In this document: one piece after another, positions 9,752 through 19,336 of the stretch
Position numbering within the stretch: the stretch's first letter is position 1
Layout: every line of letters begins with the position of its first letter
NCBI RefSeq assembly: GCF_004010195.1
Contig: NC_057719.1
Location: 94,727,287 to 94,747,286, forward strand
Length of the DNA: 20,000 bases
Origin: Chiloscyllium plagiosum
Lineage: Eukaryota
Direction: 5' to 3'
Notes under the pieces: model-generated
Told to the model about the DNA's origin: nothing
What the model saw: only the letters and a program-made list of their open reading frames with translations
Database searches by the model: none
Position numbers and translations under genes: made by a program

Positions 9752-12473
9752 TAGGGTTGTAACCTTGTGAGTGCCATGTACCAGTGCAAGCTGGGAATAG
9801 TAGGACATAGAGTTCAATACATGGCCAAAGAACTCAAGTAGGGAGGTAGGCTTCAGGTATTTGGATCATTGGGATGTCATCCAGTGCAGGTGGGACCTGT
9901 AAAAGAAGGACAGGTGGCACCAATGTCCAGGCAAGGAGGTTTGCAGTGCTATTCAGAAGAATTTAAATGAGTGTTTCAGGGTGGGAACTAAAATAGTAGG
10001 TCAGCAAGTAAAAAGTCTGAGGAGGAGTCAGAGATTCAGGGCCAGTAAGATTAGGAGGAAGAACAGACAGAGAAGTCACTGAACATGGTTGGACTTACGG
10101 TCTGAGGTCCATATGTTTTAATGCAAGGAGTATGACAGGTAAGGCAGATGAACTTCAAGTTTGGCTTAACACATATAATTTTAGTGAGGCATTTGATAAG
10201 GTACATGATGGCAGGCTGGTACAAAATGTAGAGTCTCGTGGGATCTGGGGTGTGCTGGCTAGATGGCTACAGAACTGGCTTGGTCATAGAAGACAGAGTA
10301 ACAGTGGAAGGGTGATTTTTGGAATGGAGATCAGTAACTAGTGGTGTTCCGTAGGGATTAGTGCTCAACATTTGTTGTTTGTGATGACCTGGTAGAAAAT
10401 GGAGGTGGTCTGATTAGAAAGTTTATGAATGATGCCAGAATTGGCAGAGTTGCAGATGGTGAGGAGAATTGTCAAATGATACAGTGGGATATAGATAGAT
10501 TGCAGATTTGTGCAGAGTAATAGCAGATGGAGTTTAATCCAGACCAATGTGAGGTGGTGCATTTTGGAAGATCAAATTCAGGTGTAGATTGTACAATCAA
10601 TGGCAGAAATCTTAGGAGAATTGATATGCAGAGGGATCTGGGTCTTCAGCATGCTTACCTTCATCAGCTGGTGCATTGAATATAAAAGCTGTAGGTTATA
10701 TTACCGCTGTATAAAATTGTAATTTGGCACATTCAGAATATTATGTGCTGTTCTGGTTGCCACACCACCAGAAGAACATGGATGCTTTGGGGAGGGTGCA
10801 GAGAAGGTTTACCGGGATGTTGCCTGGTCTGGAGGGCTTTAGGTGTGAGAAAAGGTTGAATTGTTTTTACTGGAAAAGTGGGGGCTGTGGGGGCACCCTG
10901 ATAGAGGTCTACAAAATTATGAAAGGCATAGATAGAGTGGATATTCGGAGGCTTCTTCCGAGAGTGGAAAGGTCAACTACAGAAGGGCACAAGGTCAAGG
11001 TGAGAGAGGGAAAGTTTGGGGAACAGTGCAGGGAAAAATGTTTCACACAGACAGTGGCGGGTGTCTGGAACGCATGACCACTGGAGGCAGTGGAAGCAAG
11101 ATATCTTGATAGACACATAATAGACACATGAATGTGAGGTGAACAGAAGGATAGAAACTGCATATGGGCAATAAATTATGGGTCTAAATAAGGATTTGGG
11201 ATCGGCTCATGCTTAGTGAGCTGAAGAGTCTGTTTCTGGGGTTCGGGTTTTCTGTGTTTAATTGGGATTCAGGTCCTCAGTGTCTAAGTGGAATTTGAGC
11301 TCCCATGAGGAGTAAAGTGAGAAAGGGGTTAAAGTCCCAAGTGGCGAAATTTGAGGCTCTGCGAGTCTTTGTTCAGGGGGAAGAGAGTGGCTTAGACTAT
11401 GGCATCATGTGGTCTGCTGTGAGGGATCTCTCTTATTGTAAGTGTAATTTCATCGAGAGGATGCAAACAAAAAAAGGGAAAACACTGAAATTAAGGTTGT
11501 ACTAATACTTGGATTGAAAAAGGAAAGTTTCAATGTAAATCGTGCCATGCTGTGTTTGATGTTTAAAAATTTTGGTTTGTTAAAATATTGGTTCAGAAAA
11601 GCCTTTTAAGTAACTGTTTTGCCTTGCTTGAATTGCAATTTCAATTCAATGCGTTTTGTGGGCTGTGTAATGGGGCAGATTTTGTTTTTACATTGTAATT
11701 GCACAACATTATGTCCTTTTCAAAATGATCAAACTTGTAACCTTAAAACAAATTGACTGAGTGCGTTGAGCCCCTGATTTGTTTGTAATTCTACAATGCC
11801 TGTTAAAAGAAGCAATTGGGTCATACTTTAGCCAGATGAGAGTTTTGTATTATAATATCTTTGCTGCTGTATTTTTAATGCAGAGTGTTCACAAAAAGAA
11901 GAGTGGATTTTGAGGTTGATGATTTGTTAAGATTTTAGAGAATATTAGAACTTGAGGCAGAGCTGTTTCAGTTCTGTTAATTATTGGTAAGACTTCATTG
12001 GTCCCTTCATATTGCAAATTCAAAGAATGCTGATATCTGCCAAAGTTGCCACTGTAATTTTGACTTTTATTTGGGAAGTTTCATTTGGAGAACATATTTT
12101 AAAATATTCTGCATTTGTTTCCCATGAATATTTGAGACTTAAATCTGAACTAAATCTGCCTCTTTAATTGCTCAAGCACAGGAATTATTTTGTTGTTTTC
12201 TTGCTGTTCCAGACTTTTGAAATACTTTTCCTGACAGCTTTCACATTAGCTAAGTCTCAACTTGTTAAAGGGAAATAAGTTTTGAATAACCTGAATGAGG
12301 TACACGAGGGTTTGATTTTAGAGCCATTGATTGTTGTTTATAAATGTCTGAATTGTTCAGGCAGTACAATTTAGAAGGTTATGGATTGTATAAACTTGAT
12401 AATGTCATAAATAGTGAACAGAGTAACAGACTTCAAGAATTCAAAGAATGTTGAAATAGGCAGACACAATTTA

Positions 12474-13832
12474 TAGGGTTCATAGAGTCATAGAGATGTA
12501 CAGCACGGAAACAGACCCTTCGGTCCAACTGTCTATGCTGACCAGATATCCCAACCCAATCTAGTCCCACCTGCCAGCACCTGGCCCATATTCCTCCAAA
12601 CCCTTCCTATCCAGATACCCATCCAGATGCCTCTTAAACTTTGCAATTGTACCAGCCTCCACCACTTGCTCTGGCAGCTCATTCCTTATACGCACCACCC
12701 TCTGCGTGAAAACGTTGCCCCGTAGGTCTCTTTTATATCTTTTCCCTCTCACCCTAAACCTATGCCTCTAGTTCNNNNNNNNNNNNNNNNNNNNNNNNNN
12801 NNNNNNNNNNNNNNNNNNNNNNNNNNNNNNNNNNNNNNNNNNNNNNNNNNNNNNNNNNNNNNNNNNNNNNNNNNNNNNNNNNNNNNNNNNNNNNNNNNNN
12901 NNNNNNNNNNNNNNNNNNNNNNNNNNNNNNNNNNNNNNNNNNNNNNNNNNNNNNNNNNNNNNNNNNNNNNNNNNNNNNNNNNNNNNNNNNNNNNNNNNNN
13001 NNNNNNNNNNNNNNNNNNNNNNNNNNNNNNNNNNNNNNNNNNNNNNNNNNNNNNNNNNNNNNNNNNNNNNNNNNNNNNNNNNNNNNNNNNNNNNNNNNNN
13101 NNNNNNNNNNNNNNNNNNNNNNNNNNNNNNNNNNNNNNNNNNNNNNNNNNNNNNNNNNNNNNNNNNNNNNNNNNNNNNNNNNNNNNNNNNNNNNNNNNNN
13201 NNNNNNNNNNNNNNNNNNNNNNNNNNNNNNNNNNNNNNNNNNNNNNNNNNNNNNNNNNNNNNNNNNNNNNNNNNNNNNNNNNNNNNNNNNNNNNNNNNNN
13301 NNNNNNNNNNNNNNNNNNNNNNNNNNNNNNNNNNNNNNNNNNNNNNNNNNNNNNNNNNNNNNNNNNNNNNNNNNNNNNNNNNNNNNNNNNNNNNNNNNNN
13401 NNNNNNNNNNNNNNNNNNNNNNNNNNNTCAAAAAACTCAATCAAGTTTGTGAGACATGATTTCCCACGCACAAAGCCATGTTGACTATCCCTAATCAGTC
13501 CTTGCCTTTCCAAATACATGTATATCCTGTCCCTCAGGATTCCCTCCAACAACTTGCCCACTACCGACATCAGGCTCACTGGTCTATAGTTCCCTGGTTT
13601 GTCCTTACCACCCTTCTTAAACAGTGGCACCACGTTAGCCAACCTCCAGTCTTCCGGCACCTCACCTCTGACTATTGATGATACACATATCTCAGCAAGA
13701 GATCCAGCAATCACTTCTATAGATTCCCACAGAGTTGTAGGGTACACCTGATCAGGTCCTGGGGTTTTATCCACTTTTATGCATTTCAAGACATCCAGCA
13801 CTTCCTCCTCTGTAATATGGACATTTTGCAAG
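12474..13832 (-). mobile_element. Young 5'-truncated CR1 LINE spanning an assembly gap
   Basis: Open frame IKVDKTPGPDQVYP..VPEDWRLANVVPLFKKG..NYRPVSL..SQHGFVRGKSCLTNLIEFF. After the gap: FTQRVVRIRNELPE..FKRHLD and a catagagtcatagag tail. ATTTA at 12469-12473 and 13833-13837 is a possible TSD. Confidence 0.93.
12775..13427. other. Assembly gap (653 N)
   Basis: Run of N in the sequence. Confidence 1.
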
Positions 13833-13893
13833 ATTTAGTGTAGTTAAGTGGGTGTTTGTCTTCATATTGATAGCTATCTTGGCAAGGAAGGAA

Positions 13894-14217
13894 TTTTAGA
13901 TTAGATGATTAGATTCCTTACAGTATGGAAACAGGTCCTTCGGCCCAACAAGTCCACACCGATCCTCAAAAGAGTAACCCACCCAGACCCATTTCCCTAC
14001 ATTTACCCCTGACTAATGTACTTAACACTATGGACAATTTAACATGGCCAATTCACCAGACCTGCACATCTTTGGATTGTGTGAGGAAACCGGACCACCC
14101 GGAGAAAACCCACGCAGACACAGGGAGAATGTGCACAGAGACAGTCGCCCGAGGCTGGAATCAAGGGCTCTGGTGCTGTGATGCAGCAGTGCTAACCACT
14201 GAGCTACCATGCTGCCC
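13894..14217 (-). mobile_element. HE1-type V-SINE, older and diverged, B box damaged
   Basis: The reverse complement starts gggcagcatggtagctcagtggttagcactgctg, has the same V-domain as 7279-7581 and ends in a (ctaat)-like tail. Confidence 0.9.
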
Positions 14218-14343
14218 TTGAGATAGGAAATGCAGAGAAACTTTCAGCAGCTAACATCATCTCGTGAGTTTCTCCATTCATGGGTAAAACATGCCTTTGG
14301 ACCTTCACAGCCTGATCCAACAGACTCAATTAGCTCCCCAGTC

Positions 14344-14637
14344 ATAAGCACGAAATGTGAAGAAGCTAGAAACAGTGAAGAGGAATGTGGTACGCTTTTT
14401 GTCAGTGTCCTTCCTTTGAACATTAAACCACGTGAGTCTTACCTTGTCTTTCTATCATTTAAGGGATATGAAGGTTCACTGATCAAGCTAACATCACAAC
14501 AGCTAGTTGTCTTTGTTACATTTAACAGCAGAGTGGGAGCAGAAGCAGCAAAGAATACTGCATTGCACACTCAGATGTGCTAGTATTCTCCATCTGAAAC
14601 ATCTCCGGAAGAATGGAAGTCTCGTCAGTTTTGTGAA
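14344..14637 (+). pseudogene. RBPMS2: Processed pseudogene of an RBPMS-family RNA-binding protein, most like RBPMS2 (Hermes), with in-frame internal deletion
   Basis: Translation: [85 protein letters not shown]. Recalled family sequence: [62 protein letters not shown]...ALHAQMRWYP...GWKSRQFC. It is intronless, has a TAG at 14581, and ATA at 14344 may be the decayed start. RBPMS2 is preferred over RBPMS because of the SRxGAEAA and WY-like motifs. Confidence 0.9.
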
Positions 14638-14973
14638 GCATTTAACTGCCCTTATCCAAGAATTCAGATTTCTCCGTGGAGTGATAAGAGGGCAGACTGG
14701 ATTTTGTTTCCAGGTTCGACTTGACTGAAGGAGATTTTGGAGAACTGACTCGTTTCCACTCAACTTGGAAGGGATGCAGTGGTCACTAAGGATTGTGGAT
14801 TTAGAAACTTTACTGGTGAATTTTTTTCCCACATGGGAGGATTCTTCAAACTCTAATTACTGTAACAAACGAATAATTTTTGTCGTTATAATCATTGTTT
14901 GCTGTGTGTCAATAATTTGCTTAAATATTGGCCGTCAGAGTCTTACGAAAGCTGGTAGTGCCATCTCAGTGGT

Positions 14974-15524
14974 TATCACGAAATGGTAAAAGGAGGGAAT
15001 GAGAATGTGTAGAGGGTATAACCAGGCAGGGAAAGAGTTAAGTTTGTGAAACAAATCATTCAGCTGAGTATGACTCAGATCAGACTTAGTTAACAATGGG
15101 ATGCTGGAGGCAAGAGTAATGGGTTAACAAGGTGGAACAGGATTCATTATGTAGAGCCATTTAACAATATTGGAAGCATTCAGTATGTAACATCAGTTGA
15201 CAAGGTGAAAAGTATTCATTATGTAAACTCAGCTAGTCATTGTGTAACAGCAGATGGCTTAATCTTTACTATTGACAGTTGCTAGTTGTAACGGTCACCT
15301 AATCAATATGTATGTTGCCTTATCTGAATGCTCCGCCCTCTAAAATGATGATATAGTTCATTGAGAAACTGCCGTTGCAGAGAAGACCGTGAACTCATGT
15401 CTCTGTGCACATGGGCGATCGTCTCTCTCCCTCCAGGGCCTGGAATAAAGATGAAGGAGGTAAAGTTTTACTGTGTTTCTGAATGTTTTGTTTTGACTGG
15501 GGGTTGGGGTTTGGGAACGTGACA
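14974..15524 (+). mobile_element. Probable solo LTR
   Basis: 551 bp bounded by TATCACG...CGTGACA (7-bp inverted termini, 1 mismatch, ends in CA). AATAAA at 15444-15449 is followed by a GT-rich tract. No clean TSD was seen. Confidence 0.5.
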
Positions 15525-15701
15525 ACAGTAGCAGCCCATGTGATGGTAAGATCTGATGTGTGTAGGTTGGGATAAGGGCATGGGATAAGATACTCAAGCA
15601 ATAGTTTCAGTGCCTCTTGGGCTACATTATTATAGAGCATGAACTCTCGGCAAACAAACAGCAAAGAAAGTGAAAGGGTCGCAAAAGGGATGTGTTCAGA
15701 G

Positions 15702-16314
15702 TGTCACAAAGCTGGTCCTTTTCTCAAGGAAACTGTGCTCTTGATTTCTTTCAGAGAGCTCATGAATAGTTTGGGCTCCGATTAGACTAGTTTGGTACAG
15801 AAATGAAAAGGATTTAGAGAGGCCTTTTGTTTATTTGTAAACAGATGAGACTCCAGGCCAAAGTGGTCACATTTTAGAAGTGACCTGTACAATGAAAGGG
15901 GAGTGGCCAGCTCTCGAGCTGAGCAGTTCAGTCCAGAACAGTATTCAACAGTGAGCTGTGTGGAAACAAACTCTCTCTCTCTCTCTTCCTGCCTTTCTAA
16001 CTTAAACCTGTGAGCATCTGTTCCTTTTTCCTTACTGTGTTTTAAGGGGGTTTGCTAACTCGGACTATTTATATTCAGAACAGCATTAAGTCTAGTTTGG
16101 ATAGGTTGTGTTCTGTAGGGGTCCTTTATTCTGTTCTTTGTGTTCCATTGTGTAATTTTGTGAATACATTTCTGTCTGTTTTAAAACCTAATAGTCAATC
16201 TAGCTAACTTAATCCGGGTAATTGTCAGTGTACACTTACCGAAACAAATAGTAAAGTTATGATTTGGGTTGCCTGCTCAAGAATGTTTTGAGTGGTCTAA
16301 CCCAGTCCATAACA
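15702..16314 (+). mobile_element. 5' LTR of a Ty3/gypsy element
   Basis: TGTCA...TAACA termini and an internal (CT)n tract. A PBS-like sequence follows immediately, then the gag ORF. The left boundary is inferred from TG only, as the partner LTR is not in the window. Confidence 0.65.
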
Positions 16315-16317
16315 GAT

Positions 16318-16337
16318 TGGGGGGCTTTTTGTGGGAT
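16318..16337 (+). promoter_or_regulatory. Degenerate primer-binding site, tRNA-Pro-like
   Basis: TGGGGGGCTTTTTGTGGGAT, 3 nt after the LTR end, resembles the tRNA-Pro PBS TGGGGGCTCGTCCGGGAT. Confidence 0.6.
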
Positions 16338-16996
16338 TTTAAACAGCGAGTGGTAGGTGCTAATGTCTTTACTTCAGCTGTTGGTTTGGTTAGGTAGACA
16401 AAGCTTGGGATTGTAATGGCTCTTTCAGTCAGCAAAAGTTTTCTGGACATGGATACAGTGACTTTGGAAGTTTTGCAAAAGGTGATTAAGACCAAGCTGC
16501 TGGAATTTTCAGACCAACTGGGATTGGACCTGCCTGCTTCTGTGAGGAAAGGACAGATAATTACAGCAGAAGCTCAACATTTAAACTTGCTGGAGAAACC
16601 AACAGAATCTATCGAGATGGCAAGAATTAGATTGCAAATGAAGCAAATTGAGTTAGAGGCGAGAGATAAGGAAAGGGCTGCAAAAATGAAACGTTTTGAG
16701 TTAAAATTAAAAGCAGAAGAGAGGAAAAAAGAGGGAGCTTTCGAACTTCAAAAACTGACACTTCAAAAGGAAAGTCAGCTTAAAAGGCTAAAGATAAAGG
16801 CTGAGGGTGGGTTTAGTGAGGAAGGGAGTGTGGAGGAGCAAGCCCCTGGTGGTCAGAAGCCCAGTGAGAAACTGTTTAAGTATGTTCAAGCATTGCCTCA
16901 ATTTGATGAGAATGATGTGGAAGCCTTTTTCATCTCATTTGAAAAGGTGGCTAAACAAATGCAATGGCCAGTGGCAATGTGGCTTTTCATCAACTA

Positions 16997-17367
16997 GATG
17001 AAAGTGAGTATTGCAGATGCTGGAGATCAGAGTCAGGAGTGTGGTGCTGGAAAAGCACAGTAAATCAGGCAGCATCCGAGGAACAGGAAAATCGACATTT
17101 CGGCAAAGACCCTTCATCAGGAATGAGACTGGGAACCTCGGCGGGGATGGAGAGATACATGGGGGGGGATTGGGCTGGGGGGGGGGGAAGGTAGGCCACG
17201 AGTGCAATAGCAGGATGGAGGTGAGGGTGTAAGTGATAGGTTGGAGAGGAGGGTGGAGCAGATAGCTGGGAAGGAAGTTGGATAGGTAGGACAAGTCATG
17301 AGGCCGGTGCTGAGTTGGAAGGTTGGATCTCGGATGAGGTGGGAGGGTAGGGAAAAGGGGAAACTGA
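16997..17367 (-). mobile_element. Penelope-like 3' fragment (type A) inserted in gag
   Basis: Terminal repeat at about 17000-17124 with core attcCTGATGAaGGGTctttGCCGAAAtGTCgatt on the minus strand, followed by a G-rich (+) stretch. The gag frame resumes at about 17368. Confidence 0.82.
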
Positions 17368-17555
17368 TGGGTTTTGTTGATCCAAACGAAACTTGTAGAT
17401 AGGGCTAGTGAGGTAATCATATCCCTATCAGAGGAGGTATCTGGGGAGTATGAGGAGGTAAAAAAAAGCCATTTTAAGTGCATATGAGTTTGTACCAGAA
17501 GCCATAGGCAACATTTCAGGAATCTAAGGAGGGACCCTAGTCAAACCTACACTGA

Positions 17556-18083
17556 TCAAAGTTTGTGAGAAGATTTGTAGCTCGGGTGCTCGTTGTTGTG
17601 GTTCTGTTCTTATCTATCTATCAAAATTATTCTGTTTGATCCTTTCAAACTCAGTGTAGGTTTTTGTGGTTCTGTTCGCCGAGCTGGGAATTTGTGTTGC
17701 AGAGTTTCGTCCCCTGTCTAGGTGACATCCTCAGTGCTTGGGAGCCTCCTGTGAAGTGCTTCTGTGATCTTTCTTCCGGCATTTGTAGTGGTTTGAATCT
17801 GCCGCTTCCGGTTGTCAGTTCCAGCTGTCCGCTGCAGTGGTCGGTATATTGGGTCCAGGTCGATGTGCTTACTGATTGAATCTGTGGATGAGTGCCATGC
17901 CTCTAGGAATTCCCTGGCTGTTCTCTGTTTGGCTTGCCCTATAATAGTAGTGTTGTCCCAGTCGAATTCATGTTGCTTGTCATCTGCGTGTGTGTGGATA
18001 CTAAGGATTCAGGATGATCCAGGTAATGTTGCACCAAGACACTGCTCAAAAGGGCCACAACACACTGCAGTACACCAGAACTG
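17556..18083 (-). mobile_element. Penelope-like element 3' fragment (type D): GIY-YIG C-terminus, terminal repeat and a short inverted RT piece
   Basis: The minus strand reads HADDKQHEFDWDNTTIIGQAKQRTAREFLEAWHSSTDSISKHIDLDPIYRPLQRTAG. The + strand 18036-18083 reads KTLLKRATTHCSTPEL, resembling the late RT region of PLEs. Confidence 0.85.
17698..17737 (-). ncRNA. Minimal hammerhead ribozyme motif (PLE-associated)
   Basis: gca-CTGAGGA-T-GTC-acctagacaggg-GAC-GAAA-C-TC-tgca. Boxes, stem II and stem I are present. One G of the usual GAAACGTC is missing. Confidence 0.6.
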
Positions 18084-19336
18084 GTGCGAACTCATGTGGA
18101 AGAGCAGAGAGTTAAAATGGTAAGGTTAGCAGCTGAAGTGGCTGATGATTATGAGCTGCTTCATAAAACTCAGTTTGGTTTCCAGAATCAATTTCAGTCC
18201 ATGACGGATAGAAACTGGGACAAAAAGAAATCCACACGTGGAAAGGGAAAGGTAGATCTCCGTGAAGATCATAAGGATAACCTACCACAGGGTAAAAAAG
18301 AAACCCTTGAGGGGGACAAAGAAGTTAAAAGCCTCCGATGTCTTCATTGTAATAAAGTGGGCCACACAAAATCATAGTGTTGGCGGGCTAGGAAAAAGCC
18401 AGATGTAGGAAAACCAGACAAGCCTGGGAGTTTTGTTGGACTAGTAACAAAAAGCACAAGGGAAGTTAGACAACTGCCTCAGAGTGTACAAGATGATCAG
18501 AGGTTGATTAAGGAGGAAGTGCCAGATCTGCTTAAAAAAATATGTACATGCAAGGGTAAAGTTTATTCACATTGGCCAGGAGTCGCAGGTGAAGAGGGTA
18601 CTATATTAAAGGACACAGGATCCTCTCAGTCTGTGATGCTGAAGGATGAGGAGATATGTACTCCTGAGGGACTATGGCCAGAAAAGGTCCTGGTAACAGG
18701 AATTCATGGTGAGACAAAAAGTGTTCAATCATGTAAAATGAGGCTAGAGAGTCCATAGAAGAGTGGAGAGTTTGTGGTAGGAGTACTGGACAAACTCTCA
18801 GCTCCAGGAATACAATGTGTACTTACAAATGATATAACTGATTCACTGGTAGGCGTGCTGCCTACTCTAGTTGAAAAGCCAGTGGAGACGCAGGCAACTG
18901 AAGAAATGAAGGATGTTTATCCAGGAATTTTCCCTGATTATGTGATCACACAATCACAGAGGCACAAGTTGAAGCAAGATAGTTCAAAAGGCACAGATAA
19001 GGAAGCTGTTATAGCTTTACCGAGATGTTTTTTGATCAGATAAATGGGACAGAGCAGGAGAGAATACATAAACATGCAAGTATTTTTAGCTCTGCTAAAC
19101 TGTTTAATTTCTCATCTTTCTGATGTAATTCAAACAGTTGTTTCAAAGGGCATTTACAGAGAAGGAGAGTGAAAGCATCCCTGTGTGTTATTACTTTACA
19201 AATGATGTCTTAATGAGGAAATAGAAACCATCACATATTCAAGCAGATGAGAAATGGACAGAGATTCATCAAATTGTTTTGGCAGTACGATATAGAAAGG
19301 AGATGCTACGGGTGATGCAGCATCATAATATGGTGA

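Larger units (their letters stand above)
8290..11260 (+). mobile_element. Old CR1 LINE with 5' end and ORF1 but internally deleted ORF2, hosting four nested insertions
   Basis: ORF1 start at 8369 (MAGELSPIECSSC...YICRNCVQL). IPLSNRDTVLDTVGG at about 9175. NDIGRKRDEVLQRD at about 9389. GFRYLDHWD at about 9850. The ORF2 start LRSICFNARSMTGKADEL is joined directly to FSEAFDKV. RVQRRFTGMLPGL and a CR1 3' end follow, ending near 11260. Confidence 0.85.
16416..19313 (+). mobile_element. Gmr1-like Ty3/gypsy internal region (gag with SCAN-like part, CCHC knuckle, protease, start of integrase), degenerate and interrupted
   Basis: LPQFDENDVEAFFISFEKVAKQMQWP; WVLLIQTKL..YEEVKKAILSAYEFVPEA.RQHFRNL (17368-17555); VRTHVEEQRVKMVRLAAEVADDYELLHK (from 18084); CLHCNKVGHTKS*C; ILKDTGSSQS (protease DTG); CYYFTNDVLMRK*KP..EIHQIVLAVRYRKEMLRV (19186-19314). 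Confidence 0.88.

Noticed and set aside
11401..11443. Possible first coding exon ATG..MWSAVRDLSY followed by GTAAGT
   Set aside because: It is too short to recognise, there is no CpG island, and no matching downstream exon was found.
12400..12473. Very old CR1/L2 RT remnant, possibly continuing at 13833-13890
   Set aside because: The similarity is faint and short, so it is not listed as a feature without an alignment.
12749..13831. ORFs of 226-360 aa
   Set aside because: Their lengths are artefacts of translating through the N gap.
14230..14583. 117-aa ORF as a functional RBPMS-like gene
   Set aside because: The upstream ATG reads through probable 5' UTR, conserved RRM residues are substituted, the last beta strand is deleted and there is a premature TAG.
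17159..17232. G-run tract with G-quadruplex potential
   Set aside because: It is part of the purine-rich strand of the PLE 3' region, also seen at 9600-9700, and not a separate element.
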